Part shown: piece after piece, positions 18,462 to 27,226 of the stretch | Layout: every line of letters begins with the position of its first letter | How positions within the stretch are numbered: position 1 is the first letter of the stretch | From: an uncultured Bacteroidales bacterium | GTDB lineage: Bacteria; Bacteroidota; Bacteroidia; Bacteroidales; P3 | Direction of reading: 5' to 3' | NCBI GenBank assembly: GCA_947097635.1 | Contig: CAMURW010000001.1 | Location: 1-27,226 of the forward strand | DNA: 27,226 nucleotides | Translations under genes and position numbers: made by a program | The notes under the pieces: model-generated | Told to the model about the DNA's origin: nothing | Database searches by the model: none | Seen by the model: only the letters and a program-made list of their open reading frames with translations

Positions 18462-18511
18462 ATACAAAACATCGCCGCGATAGCATATGCTATCGCGGCG
18501 ATGTTTTGTAT
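18462..18511. terminator. Perfect 50-bp palindrome; probable bidirectional terminator between convergent nqrF and aroE
   Basis: ATACAAAACATCGCCGCGATAGCAT|ATGCTATCGCGGCGATGTTTTGTAT, with A-rich and T-rich outer ends. Confidence 0.85.
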
Positions 18512-18573
18512 ACGTAGCCGTTGTTTTGTGCTGCTTTTTCAGTTTCCCTACTTGTGAATGAGGTACTGCTTCA

Positions 18574-19383
18574 TTATTGCTGAGTGTAGGGCAGGGCAAA
18601 GTGCTGCCAAGAGAGGTCGGCTTGGCGGTGTAGCATCTCCAGACCGTTCTTTACGGTGGCACCGGTGAGCTCGCACTCCAGCAGGAAACGGGTCTCTTCG
18701 GGGTTGTAGACGAGGTCGTAGCAAAGGTGCTGAAACGAAATATGATGGATGTCGGCGAAAGGTGTCTCGGCTTCCAGCGCCATCATGCCTACGGGGGTGG
18801 CGTTGACGATAAGGTAGGTGTGTTCTGCCAGGGCGTAAGCATCGGAATAGGAGCATATGGTGTCGCCAGCTGTCGTACAGCAGTCCTGATGCTGTGAGGG
18901 GTTGCGGCTGACGAAAGTGACGGCGATACCCTGCTGGTGTAGCGCATACGCCACAGCCCTTGCCGCGCCGCCAGTACCTAGCACCAATGCCGCACGATGC
19001 CAGCGTTGCAGCAGCGGTTGCAGGCTGTCGCGGAAAGCGGGGGCATCGGTGTTGTGACCTTCCAGGCGGTAGTTGCCGTCATGCTGCCACAGAACGCGTA
19101 CGCAGTTCACCGCACCGATGGCTTGTGCCGTGGGGCTAATCTGCTGCATCAGCGGCAGCACCCATTGCTTGAACGGCAGGGTGACGTTGAAGCCCATGAG
19201 GTGATCGTTCTGTATGAGGTTGTCCAGCCAGGACGGCAAGTCGGCAGGTTGCTGCACCTTATCGCCCGAAGGGTACAGCTGGTAGCGGCAGTCGCCGAGG
19301 CCTATAGCATTAAGTTTTTCTGTGAAGTATTCTTGTGACCAGGAATGCTCTAAGTGACGCCCTATCAGTCCGTAATGTTGCAT
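18574..19383 (-). CDS. aroE: Shikimate dehydrogenase
   Basis: GLIG..HSWS, GFNVTLPFK, IGAVNC, GHNTD, LGTGGAARA, VNATPVGM, DLVYNP, NGLEMLHRQA. Confidence 0.95.
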   Translation of the reverse strand: MQHYGLIGRHLEHSWSQEYFTEKLNAIGLGDCRYQLYPSGDKVQQPADLPSWLDNLIQNDHLMGFNVTLPFKQWVLPLMQQISPTAQAIGAVNCVRVLWQHDGNYRLEGHNTDAPAFRDSLQPLLQRWHRAALVLGTGGAARAVAYALHQQGIAVTFVSRNPSQHQDCCTTAGDTICSYSDAYALAEHTYLIVNATPVGMMALEAETPFADIHHISFQHLCYDLVYNPEETRFLLECELTGATVKNGLEMLHRQADLSWQHFALPYTQQ

Positions 19384-19406
19384 AATAGGTTATTTGTACC
19401 AAATTG

Positions 19407-19414
19407 CAAAGGTA
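19407..19414 (-). promoter_or_regulatory. -7 promoter element for aroE
   Basis: Minus strand reads TACCTTTG(CA), about 24 bp upstream of the aroE ATG. Confidence 0.75.
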
Positions 19415-19465
19415 CAAAAAAGATGGCATGCGAACGTTTTCGTGTGCCAAACGAAAAAGATTTAG

Positions 19466-19473
19466 TATTTTTG
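19466..19473 (+). promoter_or_regulatory. -7 promoter element for the EEP-nth-BatA-ABC cluster (divergent from aroE)
   Basis: TATTTTTG matches TAnnTTTG about 65 bp upstream of ATG 19537. Confidence 0.55.
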
Positions 19474-19536
19474 TGCTTTCTAACGTTGTCGGCAGAAAAC
19501 TGCTAATGCGTTGGAAAATAGAATTAAAGATTATTA

Positions 19537-20622
19537 ATGAAACGAATAATAAAAGGCCTCTTTGTCGTCCTGAATACAGTGGTGGTATTGTTGCTGCTGG
19601 CCTCTACATTGGCTGGCGAGGTGGCTCCGTCGCGCGTGTTGTGGCCATCGTTGCTCAGTTACGCCTTTTTCCCGCTGCTGGTGACAAACGTGTTTTTCGT
19701 CCTACTGTGGCTACTGGCCAGCAGCAAATGGTTTCTGCTGTCCACAGCGTTGATATTGCTGCGCGTCAGTTTTCTGCCGCTGTACATGCAGTTCGGTTCC
19801 AACACTCATCCTGCCACCGCCGACACGCTGCGCGTGATGACATACAATGTACATGGCTGCTATGGCAGCAACTTCATCAGCGATATGGACCGGCGGCTGG
19901 AACAGATAGACAGCAACGCCCATGAGCTGTTGCGCATAATAGACAAGGAGCAGCCCGATGTGCTGAACCTGCAGGAGTTCGTGTACATGGCCAACCACAC
20001 CGCTCTGGCCGACAGTCTCGCTGCCCGAGGCTATGCCTACTCGGTGTCAGCAAGTCCTCAGCGAAGGCGCTACAATACAGTTACCATCTCGCGCTACCAA
20101 CTGCTTGCACCTGTATATATCGACAGCGTGGAACGCATGGCGGTGGACGTGGTGAAAGGGAGCGACACGGTACGCGTGATGAACCTGCACCTGGAGAGCT
20201 ATAGGCTGGACGAAAAGGACTACCAGGTGCTCAGCGCCACCACCCACGGCGATCTGACTCCCGACAGCGTACGAAGCACCTTAAGCAAACTGAAACATGT
20301 CAGCCTCGTTCACGAGCAGGAATGGAAGGAAGTGGAAGGCTTCCTGCGTCAGTCGCCGCATCCCTGCATCGTGACAGGCGACTTCAACGACACCCCCGCC
20401 AGCTATTTCTATCAGAACATTACCGATTATCTGGTGGACAGCTACAGAGAGTGCGGCAATGGTTTCTGCACCACCTATCACGGCAGATTCCCTGCCTTCC
20501 GCATCGACTATGTCCTTCACAGTCCGCAGCTGAAGACGCTGAGCTACAAACGCGTGAAAAGCGACCTCAGCGATCATGATCCGCTATTCGTGACACTGCA
20601 GATAAACGGAAATCAAGAATGA
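19537..20622 (+). CDS. Membrane-anchored endonuclease/exonuclease/phosphatase (EEP) family protein
   Basis: Three N-terminal TMs; motifs MTYNV, LQEF, NLHLES, GDFNDTP, RIDY, SDHDP. Confidence 0.92.
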   Translation: MKRIIKGLFVVLNTVVVLLLLASTLAGEVAPSRVLWPSLLSYAFFPLLVTNVFFVLLWLLASSKWFLLSTALILLRVSFLPLYMQFGSNTHPATADTLRVMTYNVHGCYGSNFISDMDRRLEQIDSNAHELLRIIDKEQPDVLNLQEFVYMANHTALADSLAARGYAYSVSASPQRRRYNTVTISRYQLLAPVYIDSVERMAVDVVKGSDTVRVMNLHLESYRLDEKDYQVLSATTHGDLTPDSVRSTLSKLKHVSLVHEQEWKEVEGFLRQSPHPCIVTGDFNDTPASYFYQNITDYLVDSYRECGNGFCTTYHGRFPAFRIDYVLHSPQLKTLSYKRVKSDLSDHDPLFVTLQINGNQE

Positions 20623-21308
20623 ACTACCAAGTCCGTCACCCGAAAACCACTTATCCACCCATGACCCAGCAAGAACGCTATAAGAAACTGATAGAGTACT
20701 TCCAGACTACGGCACCCGATGCCACCACCGAGTTAGTCTATCATGGCAGCCCCTTTCAGTTGCTGGTGGCTACCATGCTGTCCGCACAGTGTACCGACAA
20801 GCGCGTGAACATGGTGACACCGGCACTCTTTGCCGCTTACCCCACGGCACAAGCCATGGCGCAGGCCTCCAAGGACGAGGTGCTGCACTATGTTCACTCC
20901 ATCTCCTATCCCAACAGCAAAAGCGAGCATCTGGTGGCGATGGCAAAGAAGCTGGTGAGCGACTATGGAGGCGAGGTGCCGGCAGACCGCGATGCTTTGC
21001 AGACGCTGCCCGGAGTGGGACGTAAGACCGCCAGCGTGGTGTGCAGCGTGGCGTTCCATCAGCCTTGCATGGCGGTGGACACGCATGTGTTTCGCGTGGC
21101 AAACCGTATCGGCCTCACCCGCAACAGCAAAACACCGTTGCAGACGGAGCTGGAGTTAGTGAAACATATTCCCGAAGAGGTGATACCCACGGCACACCAC
21201 TGGCTGATACTCCACGGCCGCTATGTGTGCACGGCCCGGAAGCCGCACTGTGCCGAATGCGGCATACGAGGAATATGTAAGTCAGCACCGAAACAAACCT
21301 CAGCATAA
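20619..21308 (+). CDS. nth: Endonuclease III
   Basis: LLVATMLSAQCTDKRVN, HhH LPGVGRKTA, VDTHVFRV, LILHGRYVC, 4Fe-4S CTARKPHCAECGIRGIC. ATGA overlap supports 20619; 20661 is an alternative start. Confidence 0.96.
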   Translation: MNYQVRHPKTTYPPMTQQERYKKLIEYFQTTAPDATTELVYHGSPFQLLVATMLSAQCTDKRVNMVTPALFAAYPTAQAMAQASKDEVLHYVHSISYPNSKSEHLVAMAKKLVSDYGGEVPADRDALQTLPGVGRKTASVVCSVAFHQPCMAVDTHVFRVANRIGLTRNSKTPLQTELELVKHIPEEVIPTAHHWLILHGRYVCTARKPHCAECGIRGICKSAPKQTSA

Positions 21309-21325
21309 GCAAAGACACTATTACT

Positions 21326-23398
21326 ATGACACTCCTTTATCCCGCTTTCCTCATCGCCCTGGTGGCTATTGCCATACCTATTGCCGTCCACCTCTTCAAC
21401 TTCCATCGCTATCGCAATGTGTATTTCAGCAACGTACGCTATCTGGAGGAACTGCGGCAGGAGATACGCCGACAACGCACCCTGCGCCAATGGCTGGTGC
21501 TGACGGCACGCATACTGGCTATCGTCTTCCTGGTGCTGGCGTTCTGCCAGCCCGTAGTTTTGCGGCAGCGGCAGCGCGTGCAGCGCGGTGGTGCGGCGGT
21601 GAGCATCTATATCGACAACTCGTTCTCCATGTCCAATACCGGCAGCGAGGGTCGTCCCTTGCTGGAACAGGCGGTGCAGAAAGCCAAGGAGATTGCCGCC
21701 GCCTACAAGAGCAGCGACCAGTTTCAGTTGATGACCAATGAGATGGGAGGCAGCCAATTCCACTGGCTGAGTCGAGACGAACTGCTGGCACAGCTGGATG
21801 GCCTGCAGACTGCCTCCGCGAGTCCGCTGCTTAGCGATGTCACTAAACGACAGCAGGACTTCCTCCTGCGGAGTGCGGCGCAAGAAAAGGAGGCATACAT
21901 CATCAGTGACTTCCAGCACAGCACTTCCGACTTTGCCGCTCTGGCACATGACAGCCTGCTGCATTCCATCCTAGTGCCCCTGGAAGCCAGTGCCGTGAAC
22001 AACATATACATCGACAGCCTAGCACTTAGCGCCCCCGTCTTCCTGCAGGGAAACACCGTCATCGTGCAGGTATTCCTGCGCAACGAAGGCGACAGCCCCG
22101 TGAAGAACGTACCCGTGCGCCTCTTCATCGGTGAGCAGCAGAGCGCCCTGGCCACAGCCGACCTGGACTCCGACGGCAGTGCCATAGTGTCCATGCATTT
22201 CACTATCAACGGCGGCGGCGCGTTGCAGGGCAGGGTTGAAACCACAGACTATCCTGTGACCTTCGACGACACCATGTTTTTCGCTATTAACGTGCGCGAG
22301 CGACTTTCCGTGCTGGCCATCAACGGCGGCGGCGACAACGTGTACCTCCAGCGTCTCTTCGGCAACGACAGCGCCATAGTGTACAGCAGCGTAAGCGACC
22401 GCACCATCCCTTTCAGCACGCTAGAAGACTACAGCTTCATCATACTGAACGGCCTTCACGACATCCCCAGCGGCCTGTCGCAAACGCTGCACACTTTCGT
22501 GACCAATGGCGGCACCCTGTTGGTGGCACCGGCCGAAGAGGCCGATCTGAGCAGCTACAACCAGATGCTCTCGCTCTTTTCCGCTGCTCGGCTGGGAATA
22601 TGGACGAAAGGACGGCAGAAGACAGCGAGCATAAACACCCGTCAGCTTCTTTACAACAACGTTTTCGATGGCAATAAGAACCCTGATGAAGACGAGGCAC
22701 AGATGCAGATGGAACTGCCTGCCGTGCAGGGCTACTATCAGCAGCAGAGCGACGGCACTACAGTAAAAGAGAGCATCATCACCCTACTGGACGGTAACGA
22801 CTACCTCTCCTTCACTCCCTGCGGCAACGGACGGCTCTACCTGTTCAGCACACCGCTGGAAGACCAGTGGACCGACTTTGTGCAGCAGGCGCTTTTCGTC
22901 CCAACCTTATTTAATATGGCGCTCTATAGCGGCTGCCTCGGCGTGCCCTACTCGATGTCGGACAGCCGCGTCCCCATTCCGCTGGCGCAGCAATACGATG
23001 CCGAGCGGGTGCCGCATCTCGTCTCCAAGGATGGTCAAGTGGACCTCATCCCCGACATCCGTCGCATAGGCGGCAAAAGCTACATGATGCCGCACGAGGA
23101 GCTTGCCACGGCGGGCTGCTATTACCTACGGCATCCGCAAGATACCACCAGCCACGAGGCTGTGGCGTTCAACTATTCCCGCCAGGAGAGCGCCATGCAG
23201 TTTTGTAGCCGTAGCGAAGTGGAGAAAGCCCTGAAGGACTATCATCTGGCGGGCTATGGCGTAGTACACAATACCAACAGCCCCTTGGATGCCGAGATTC
23301 GTGCCATGCGTGATGGCCTGCCTATGTGGCACTGGTGCATAGTGGCAGCACTTTTCATGCTGCTGGTCGAGATCATCATCCTAAGGGTGAGGAAATGA
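21326..23398 (+). CDS. BatA-domain / vWA-domain membrane protein
   Basis: BatA-type N-terminus (PAFL..IPIAVHLFNF..FSNVRYL..LAFCQP), MIDAS-like IDNSFSM and ISDFQ, Ig-like middle, C-terminal TM (MWHWCIVAALFMLLVEIIILR). Confidence 0.88.
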   Translation: MTLLYPAFLIALVAIAIPIAVHLFNFHRYRNVYFSNVRYLEELRQEIRRQRTLRQWLVLTARILAIVFLVLAFCQPVVLRQRQRVQRGGAAVSIYIDNSFSMSNTGSEGRPLLEQAVQKAKEIAAAYKSSDQFQLMTNEMGGSQFHWLSRDELLAQLDGLQTASASPLLSDVTKRQQDFLLRSAAQEKEAYIISDFQHSTSDFAALAHDSLLHSILVPLEASAVNNIYIDSLALSAPVFLQGNTVIVQVFLRNEGDSPVKNVPVRLFIGEQQSALATADLDSDGSAIVSMHFTINGGGALQGRVETTDYPVTFDDTMFFAINVRERLSVLAINGGGDNVYLQRLFGNDSAIVYSSVSDRTIPFSTLEDYSFIILNGLHDIPSGLSQTLHTFVTNGGTLLVAPAEEADLSSYNQMLSLFSAARLGIWTKGRQKTASINTRQLLYNNVFDGNKNPDEDEAQMQMELPAVQGYYQQQSDGTTVKESIITLLDGNDYLSFTPCGNGRLYLFSTPLEDQWTDFVQQALFVPTLFNMALYSGCLGVPYSMSDSRVPIPLAQQYDAERVPHLVSKDGQVDLIPDIRRIGGKSYMMPHEELATAGCYYLRHPQDTTSHEAVAFNYSRQESAMQFCSRSEVEKALKDYHLAGYGVVHNTNSPLDAEIRAMRDGLPMWHWCIVAALFMLLVEIIILRVRK

Positions 23399-23447
23399 AG
23401 ACAGGCTGCTGAACATACTTGTTTTGTTATCAAAATCATTATACCTT

Positions 23448-24191
23448 ATGTCCTTTCTCGAAGCACAACATATAGTGAAATCCTACGGCTCTTCCCAAGC
23501 GTTGGACGATGTCTCCGTCAGCATCTCCGAAGGCAGCGTGTTTGGACTGCTGGGGCCCAACGGTGCCGGCAAAAGTACGCTGATACGTATCATCAACCGC
23601 ATCCTCGAACCCGATAGCGGCACGGTGCTGCTACAGGGCCGTCCCATGGTGGACGACGACGTGCAGCACATAGGCTACCTCCCCGAGGAGCGTGGCCTAT
23701 ACAAAAAGATGAAAGTGGGAGAGCAAGCCATATACCTGGCACAGCTGAAGGGCGTGAGCCGTCTGGATGCTGCGAAGCGCCTGCACCAGTGGTTCGAGAA
23801 GTTCGACATCGACAGCTGGTGGAACCGTCGTGTGGAAGAACTCAGCAAAGGCATGCAGCAAAAGGTACAGTTCATCGTCACCGTGCTGCATCAACCGAAA
23901 CTGCTCATCTTCGACGAGCCCTTCAGTGGTTTCGACCCTGTGAACACCGAACTACTGAAGAAAGAAATACTGGCATTGCGCGACCAAGGGGCCACCATCA
24001 TCTTCAGTACCCACAACATGAGCAGCGTTGAGGAGTTGTGCGACAGCATCTCCCTCATAAACAAAAGCCGCGTAGTACTCAGCGGCAACGTGCAGGACAT
24101 ACGCAAGGAGTACAGCAAGACGCATCCTCCTGTATACAAGGAGGTGCTGCCATCCATGAACGATATTTTCATAGAAACAGTAAGCAAATGA
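23448..24191 (+). CDS. ABC transporter ATP-binding protein (NatA/YhaQ-like)
   Basis: Walker A GPNGAGKS, GYLPEERGLY, signature LSKGMQQK, Walker B LIFDEPFSG, H-loop STH. Confidence 0.95.
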   Translation: MSFLEAQHIVKSYGSSQALDDVSVSISEGSVFGLLGPNGAGKSTLIRIINRILEPDSGTVLLQGRPMVDDDVQHIGYLPEERGLYKKMKVGEQAIYLAQLKGVSRLDAAKRLHQWFEKFDIDSWWNRRVEELSKGMQQKVQFIVTVLHQPKLLIFDEPFSGFDPVNTELLKKEILALRDQGATIIFSTHNMSSVEELCDSISLINKSRVVLSGNVQDIRKEYSKTHPPVYKEVLPSMNDIFIETVSK

Positions 24192-25516
24192 ATAAGATAT
24201 TCCTTGTCATACAGCGCGAATACCTCACACGTGCGAAGAAGCCTTCTTTCTGGATTCTCACCATCCTGGTACCCATCTTGCTGGCGGCACTCTATGCCGT
24301 CCCCGTCTTGCTGGCAGTGAAACCCGTGAAGACGGCGAGGGTGCTGGTGGTGGATGACACGCAACTGTTCGCACACGCGTTCCAGAACAGCGAGGTAGTG
24401 GCCTATAGCGATGCCGCCAGCTTGGAGGAAGCAGAGGCTATGCTGGCCAACAACGACAGTCTGGCCGCCATCGTCTACATCCCCAAGCGCGAGACCACCA
24501 TTCCTGGCGATGCCTTCCTCTATTATCGCAAGGATGCCCCCAACATCGATGTGCAAAACGACGTGAACAGGCAGCTACAGGAGATACTGCGCAACAACAT
24601 CCTGCTGGATGTCCATAACATCAGCGCGGAGGACTACGCCCTGATCACCGGCACCAAGATTACCCTTCACACTAAGGACATTGAGACGGGACGCGATGGC
24701 TTTCTGGAGATAAAGAACGTGGTAGGGCTGATGCTTGGATTGCTGATATTCTGCGTTATCATCGCCTTTGGCTCGCAGGTGATGAGAGGGGTGATGGAAG
24801 AAAAGAACAACCGCATCGTGGAGATTGTCATCAGCAGCGTAAAGCCCTTTCAGTTGATGATGGGTAAGGTAATAGGCATCTGTGCCGTGGGTCTCACGCA
24901 GATAGTGCTGTGGATGCTGCTCAGTGTCGTCGCCGTGGGTGCTATCCAGGCCTCCCATTCCGCGTTGTTCCAAGCCGCGCAGGCCAGCCACAATATCACC
25001 GAGGTAGCCACCAAAGGCACCGATGCCACCGTGCAGATGCTGGATGCCATGCAGGCAAACGACGTCAGCGAGCTGATACAGGGACTCACCAGCATCAATT
25101 TTGGGGTGCTGATGGGTATGTTCTTGTTCTATTTCCTGTTCGGCTATCTGCTGTATGCCACCCTCTTCGCTGCCGTGGGGGCAGTGGCAGACCCCGATAC
25201 CGATGGCAACCTGTTCGTATTGCCGCTCACGTCGCCGCTGATACTTACTATTTTGCTTAGCGTCAATATGATGCGCACACCCAGCGGAGCCTTGGCCACA
25301 TGGCTCAGCATCATCCCTTTCACCTCGCCCATGGCCATGCTTATGCGCATCCCCTTCGGTGTGCCGTATTGGCAACTCGTCCTTAGTGCCGTGTTGCTAC
25401 TGGCGTTCTTCCCTCTTTGCACCTGGCTCGCCGCCAAGATATATCGCCGTGGCATCCTGCTGTTCGGCACCAAGATTACCTATAAAACCATCGGCCAGTG
25501 GCTGAAAAACGAATAG
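24188..25516 (+). CDS. ABC-2 transporter permease (NatB/YhaP-like)
   Basis: ATGA overlap with the ATPase stop; REYLTRAKK, VMRGVMEEKNNRIVEI..MMGK, GYLLYATLFAAVGA, IPFTSP, KIYRRGIL. Confidence 0.93.
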   Translation: MNKIFLVIQREYLTRAKKPSFWILTILVPILLAALYAVPVLLAVKPVKTARVLVVDDTQLFAHAFQNSEVVAYSDAASLEEAEAMLANNDSLAAIVYIPKRETTIPGDAFLYYRKDAPNIDVQNDVNRQLQEILRNNILLDVHNISAEDYALITGTKITLHTKDIETGRDGFLEIKNVVGLMLGLLIFCVIIAFGSQVMRGVMEEKNNRIVEIVISSVKPFQLMMGKVIGICAVGLTQIVLWMLLSVVAVGAIQASHSALFQAAQASHNITEVATKGTDATVQMLDAMQANDVSELIQGLTSINFGVLMGMFLFYFLFGYLLYATLFAAVGAVADPDTDGNLFVLPLTSPLILTILLSVNMMRTPSGALATWLSIIPFTSPMAMLMRIPFGVPYWQLVLSAVLLLAFFPLCTWLAAKIYRRGILLFGTKITYKTIGQWLKNE

Positions 25517-25707
25517 CCTGTGCGGCAATAATTTAATGATTCTCCACAAAAGCCACACATGAGCATTAGCTATATCCATGTGGAAACGATAATCTAAATG
25601 ACGGTTCGCAAGGTGCTCTAATCGCAAAGGCCAAGGGATGCGAAGAAAAACCGGCGGACCGCCGACAGCAATGCGGGGAACAAGTTGCACCTCGTTTCGC
25701 CTCTTCG

Positions 25708-25890
25708 AGGAACTAATGTGGGCTATCGCAATCATCATCTCTGGCACTCCCGGAAGAAGTCGCCGCCGCACCTTGCTTGCGCCAAGACTGCATCGGAAAT
25801 TTCCGACCTATTTCCGACCTACTTCCGACCCATTCTCAACCCACGTACGACCCATGCCATTACTCAACGCACGGACTAATTATTCTAACT
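25708..25890 (+). repeat. Copy 2 of the dispersed intergenic element
   Basis: Shares TCGCAATCAT, GGAAGAA, TCGCCGC, CCTTGCTTGCGCC, TCGGAAAT and CGACCCATGCCATTACTC, in order, with the reverse complement of 1293-1464. Confidence 0.9.
25800..25854. repeat. Tandem array of five 11-bp units
   Basis: TTTCCGACCTA TTTCCGACCTA CTTCCGACCCA TTCTCAACCCA CGTACGACCCA read directly. Confidence 0.92.
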
Positions 25891-26000
25891 TACAGCATCA
25901 TAACTATTTATACACACAATGCAAATGGCAGCCGACCTAAGTCCCAGAGAGCATTATACCTATCTGGCAATCATGTAATTTGGGAAAATAAAGGTTTTTT

Positions 26001-26031
26001 ATTGCCATTCTGAAAAAAACGACTACCTTTG
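26001..26031 (+). promoter_or_regulatory. Bacteroidota promoter for the S46 peptidase gene
   Basis: ATTG (26001-26004), 19-nt spacer, TACCTTTG (26024-26031) followed by CA. Confidence 0.8.
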
Positions 26032-26111
26032 CAGCGGCTTAAGAAAGTGGATCGATGTCCGCTTTCTTCCCTAAGTACAAATATATTAATAAATTATAAA
26101 TAAATTACAGA

Positions 26112-27226
26112 ATGAAACTTCGAATGAAATCACTGGTGCTGGCACTGGCTATGCTGCTGGTGCTGCCCACTGCCGCCCGCGCCGACGAAGGCATGTGGCT
26201 TCTCTCACTCATCGGCAAGAACTATGCCGACATGCAGAAACAGGGCTTCAAACTGACACCACAGGACATCTATAGCATAAACCAGAGCTGCCTGAAAGAT
26301 GCCATTGTGGGCCTCGCCAACGAAGGCAACCCCTTCTGGCACTTCTGCACGGGCGAAATAATCAGCAGCCAAGGCTTGGTGACAACCAACCACCACTGCG
26401 GCTACGAAAAGATTCAGGAACACAGCAGCGTGGCTCACGACTATCTGCGCGACGGCTTCTGGGCCTACAGCAAAGACCAGGAACTGCCCAACCCCGGTCT
26501 CACGGCAGGACTGCTGGTGAGGATGGAAGACGTTACCACACGCGTGAAGACCGTGCTGAGCGACGACATGAGCGAGAGCGACCGCGCCAACGCCATAGAG
26601 AAAATCTCCAAGCAGATTGTGGACGAATACAACGAAGGCGGCAAATACGACGTGCAGGTGCAGGAGATGTTTGACGGCAACCAATTCTTCATGCTCGCCT
26701 ACATCACCTACAAGGACGTGCGACTGGTGGGCGCACCACCTTCCAGCATGGGTAAATTCGGCGGCGACACCGACAACTGGAGCTGGCCCCGCCACACCTG
26801 CGACTTCTCCATGTTCCGCATATACACCGCCCCCGACGGCAGCCCCGCCACCTACAACGAAAACAACGTGCCCCTGAAGCCCAAGCACCACCTCCCCGTG
26901 AGCAACAAAGAGCTGGGCGACGGCGACTTCGCCATGGTGATGGGATACCCCGGCACCACCAACCACACCATCACCAGCTATGGACTGGAAGAGACCATGA
27001 ACGTCACCAACAAACTGCGTTACGAAATACGCGACGTGAAAATCAACGTGCTGCGCAAGCAGATGGCTGCCAGCCAAGCCACCAGAATAAAATACGCCAG
27101 CAAATACGCCAGCTGCAGCAACTACTGGAAATACAGCAACGAGCAGAACAAAGCCCTGAAGAACCTGAACACCATGGGCGTGAAGAAGCAGATAGAGAAT
27201 GAATACAGGGAATGGAGCCGCAACAA
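26112..27226 (+). CDS. S46-family dipeptidyl peptidase (DPP7/DPP11-like), 3'-truncated by the window
   Basis: Translated by hand (absent from the ORF track because there is no stop): MKLRMKSLVLALAMLLVLPTAARA-DEGMWL..FCTGEIIS..TNHHCG..DVRLVGAPP..GKFGGDTDNWSWPRHTCDFSMFRIY..GYPGTT..NYWKY. Confidence 0.95.
   Translation, partial: MKLRMKSLVLALAMLLVLPTAARADEGMWLLSLIGKNYADMQKQGFKLTPQDIYSINQSCLKDAIVGLANEGNPFWHFCTGEIISSQGLVTTNHHCGYEKIQEHSSVAHDYLRDGFWAYSKDQELPNPGLTAGLLVRMEDVTTRVKTVLSDDMSESDRANAIEKISKQIVDEYNEGGKYDVQVQEMFDGNQFFMLAYITYKDVRLVGAPPSSMGKFGGDTDNWSWPRHTCDFSMFRIYTAPDGSPATYNENNVPLKPKHHLPVSNKELGDGDFAMVMGYPGTTNHTITSYGLEETMNVTNKLRYEIRDVKINVLRKQMAASQATRIKYASKYASCSNYWKYSNEQNKALKNLNTMGVKKQIENEYREWSRN

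Noticed and set aside
24038..24187. 50-aa N-terminal extension of the permease ORF
   Set aside because: It overlaps the ATPase gene; the ATGA overlap at 24188 and the MNKIFLVIQREY start mark the likely true start.
1293..25890. Composite transposon or invertible segment bounded by the inverted copies
   Set aside because: Copies are only about 77% identical, no transposase or recombinase is present, and the enclosed genes are core housekeeping genes.
26205..27077. 290-aa minus-strand ORF
   Set aside because: Antisense shadow of the S46 peptidase on the plus strand.

Overview
A chromosomal segment from a Bacteroidota organism, most likely Bacteroidales, judged from TAnnTTTG -7 promoters, AT-rich translation starts without Shine-Dalgarno sites, and the S46 peptidase and BatA-domain genes. 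Gene order: secreted hypothetical protein with two tandem domains; TolC-HlyD-2xABC-2 permease exporter with no ATPase gene, followed by a LytS/LytTR two-component pair; mnmA, an MBL-fold hydrolase and an EamA transporter on the minus strand; a complete nqrABCDEF operon; aroE; EEP-family hydrolase, nth, BatA/vWA protein and a NatAB-like ABC pair; and the 5' part of an S46 dipeptidyl peptidase that the ORF track misses. No rRNA, tRNA, CRISPR array, integrase or transposase was seen. The two most interesting signals are non-coding. (1) The nqr leader carries an intrinsic-terminator-like hairpin with a U-tract, abutted by a 5-codon mini-ORF, between a consensus promoter and nqrA, which suggests attenuator or riboswitch control of Na+-NQR. 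(2) A roughly 180-250 bp intergenic element occurs twice in inverted orientation about 24 kb apart (about 77% identical by hand alignment), and each copy carries an 11-bp tandem array (4 and 5 units). All assignments come from reading the sequence and recognising motifs; no searches were run.
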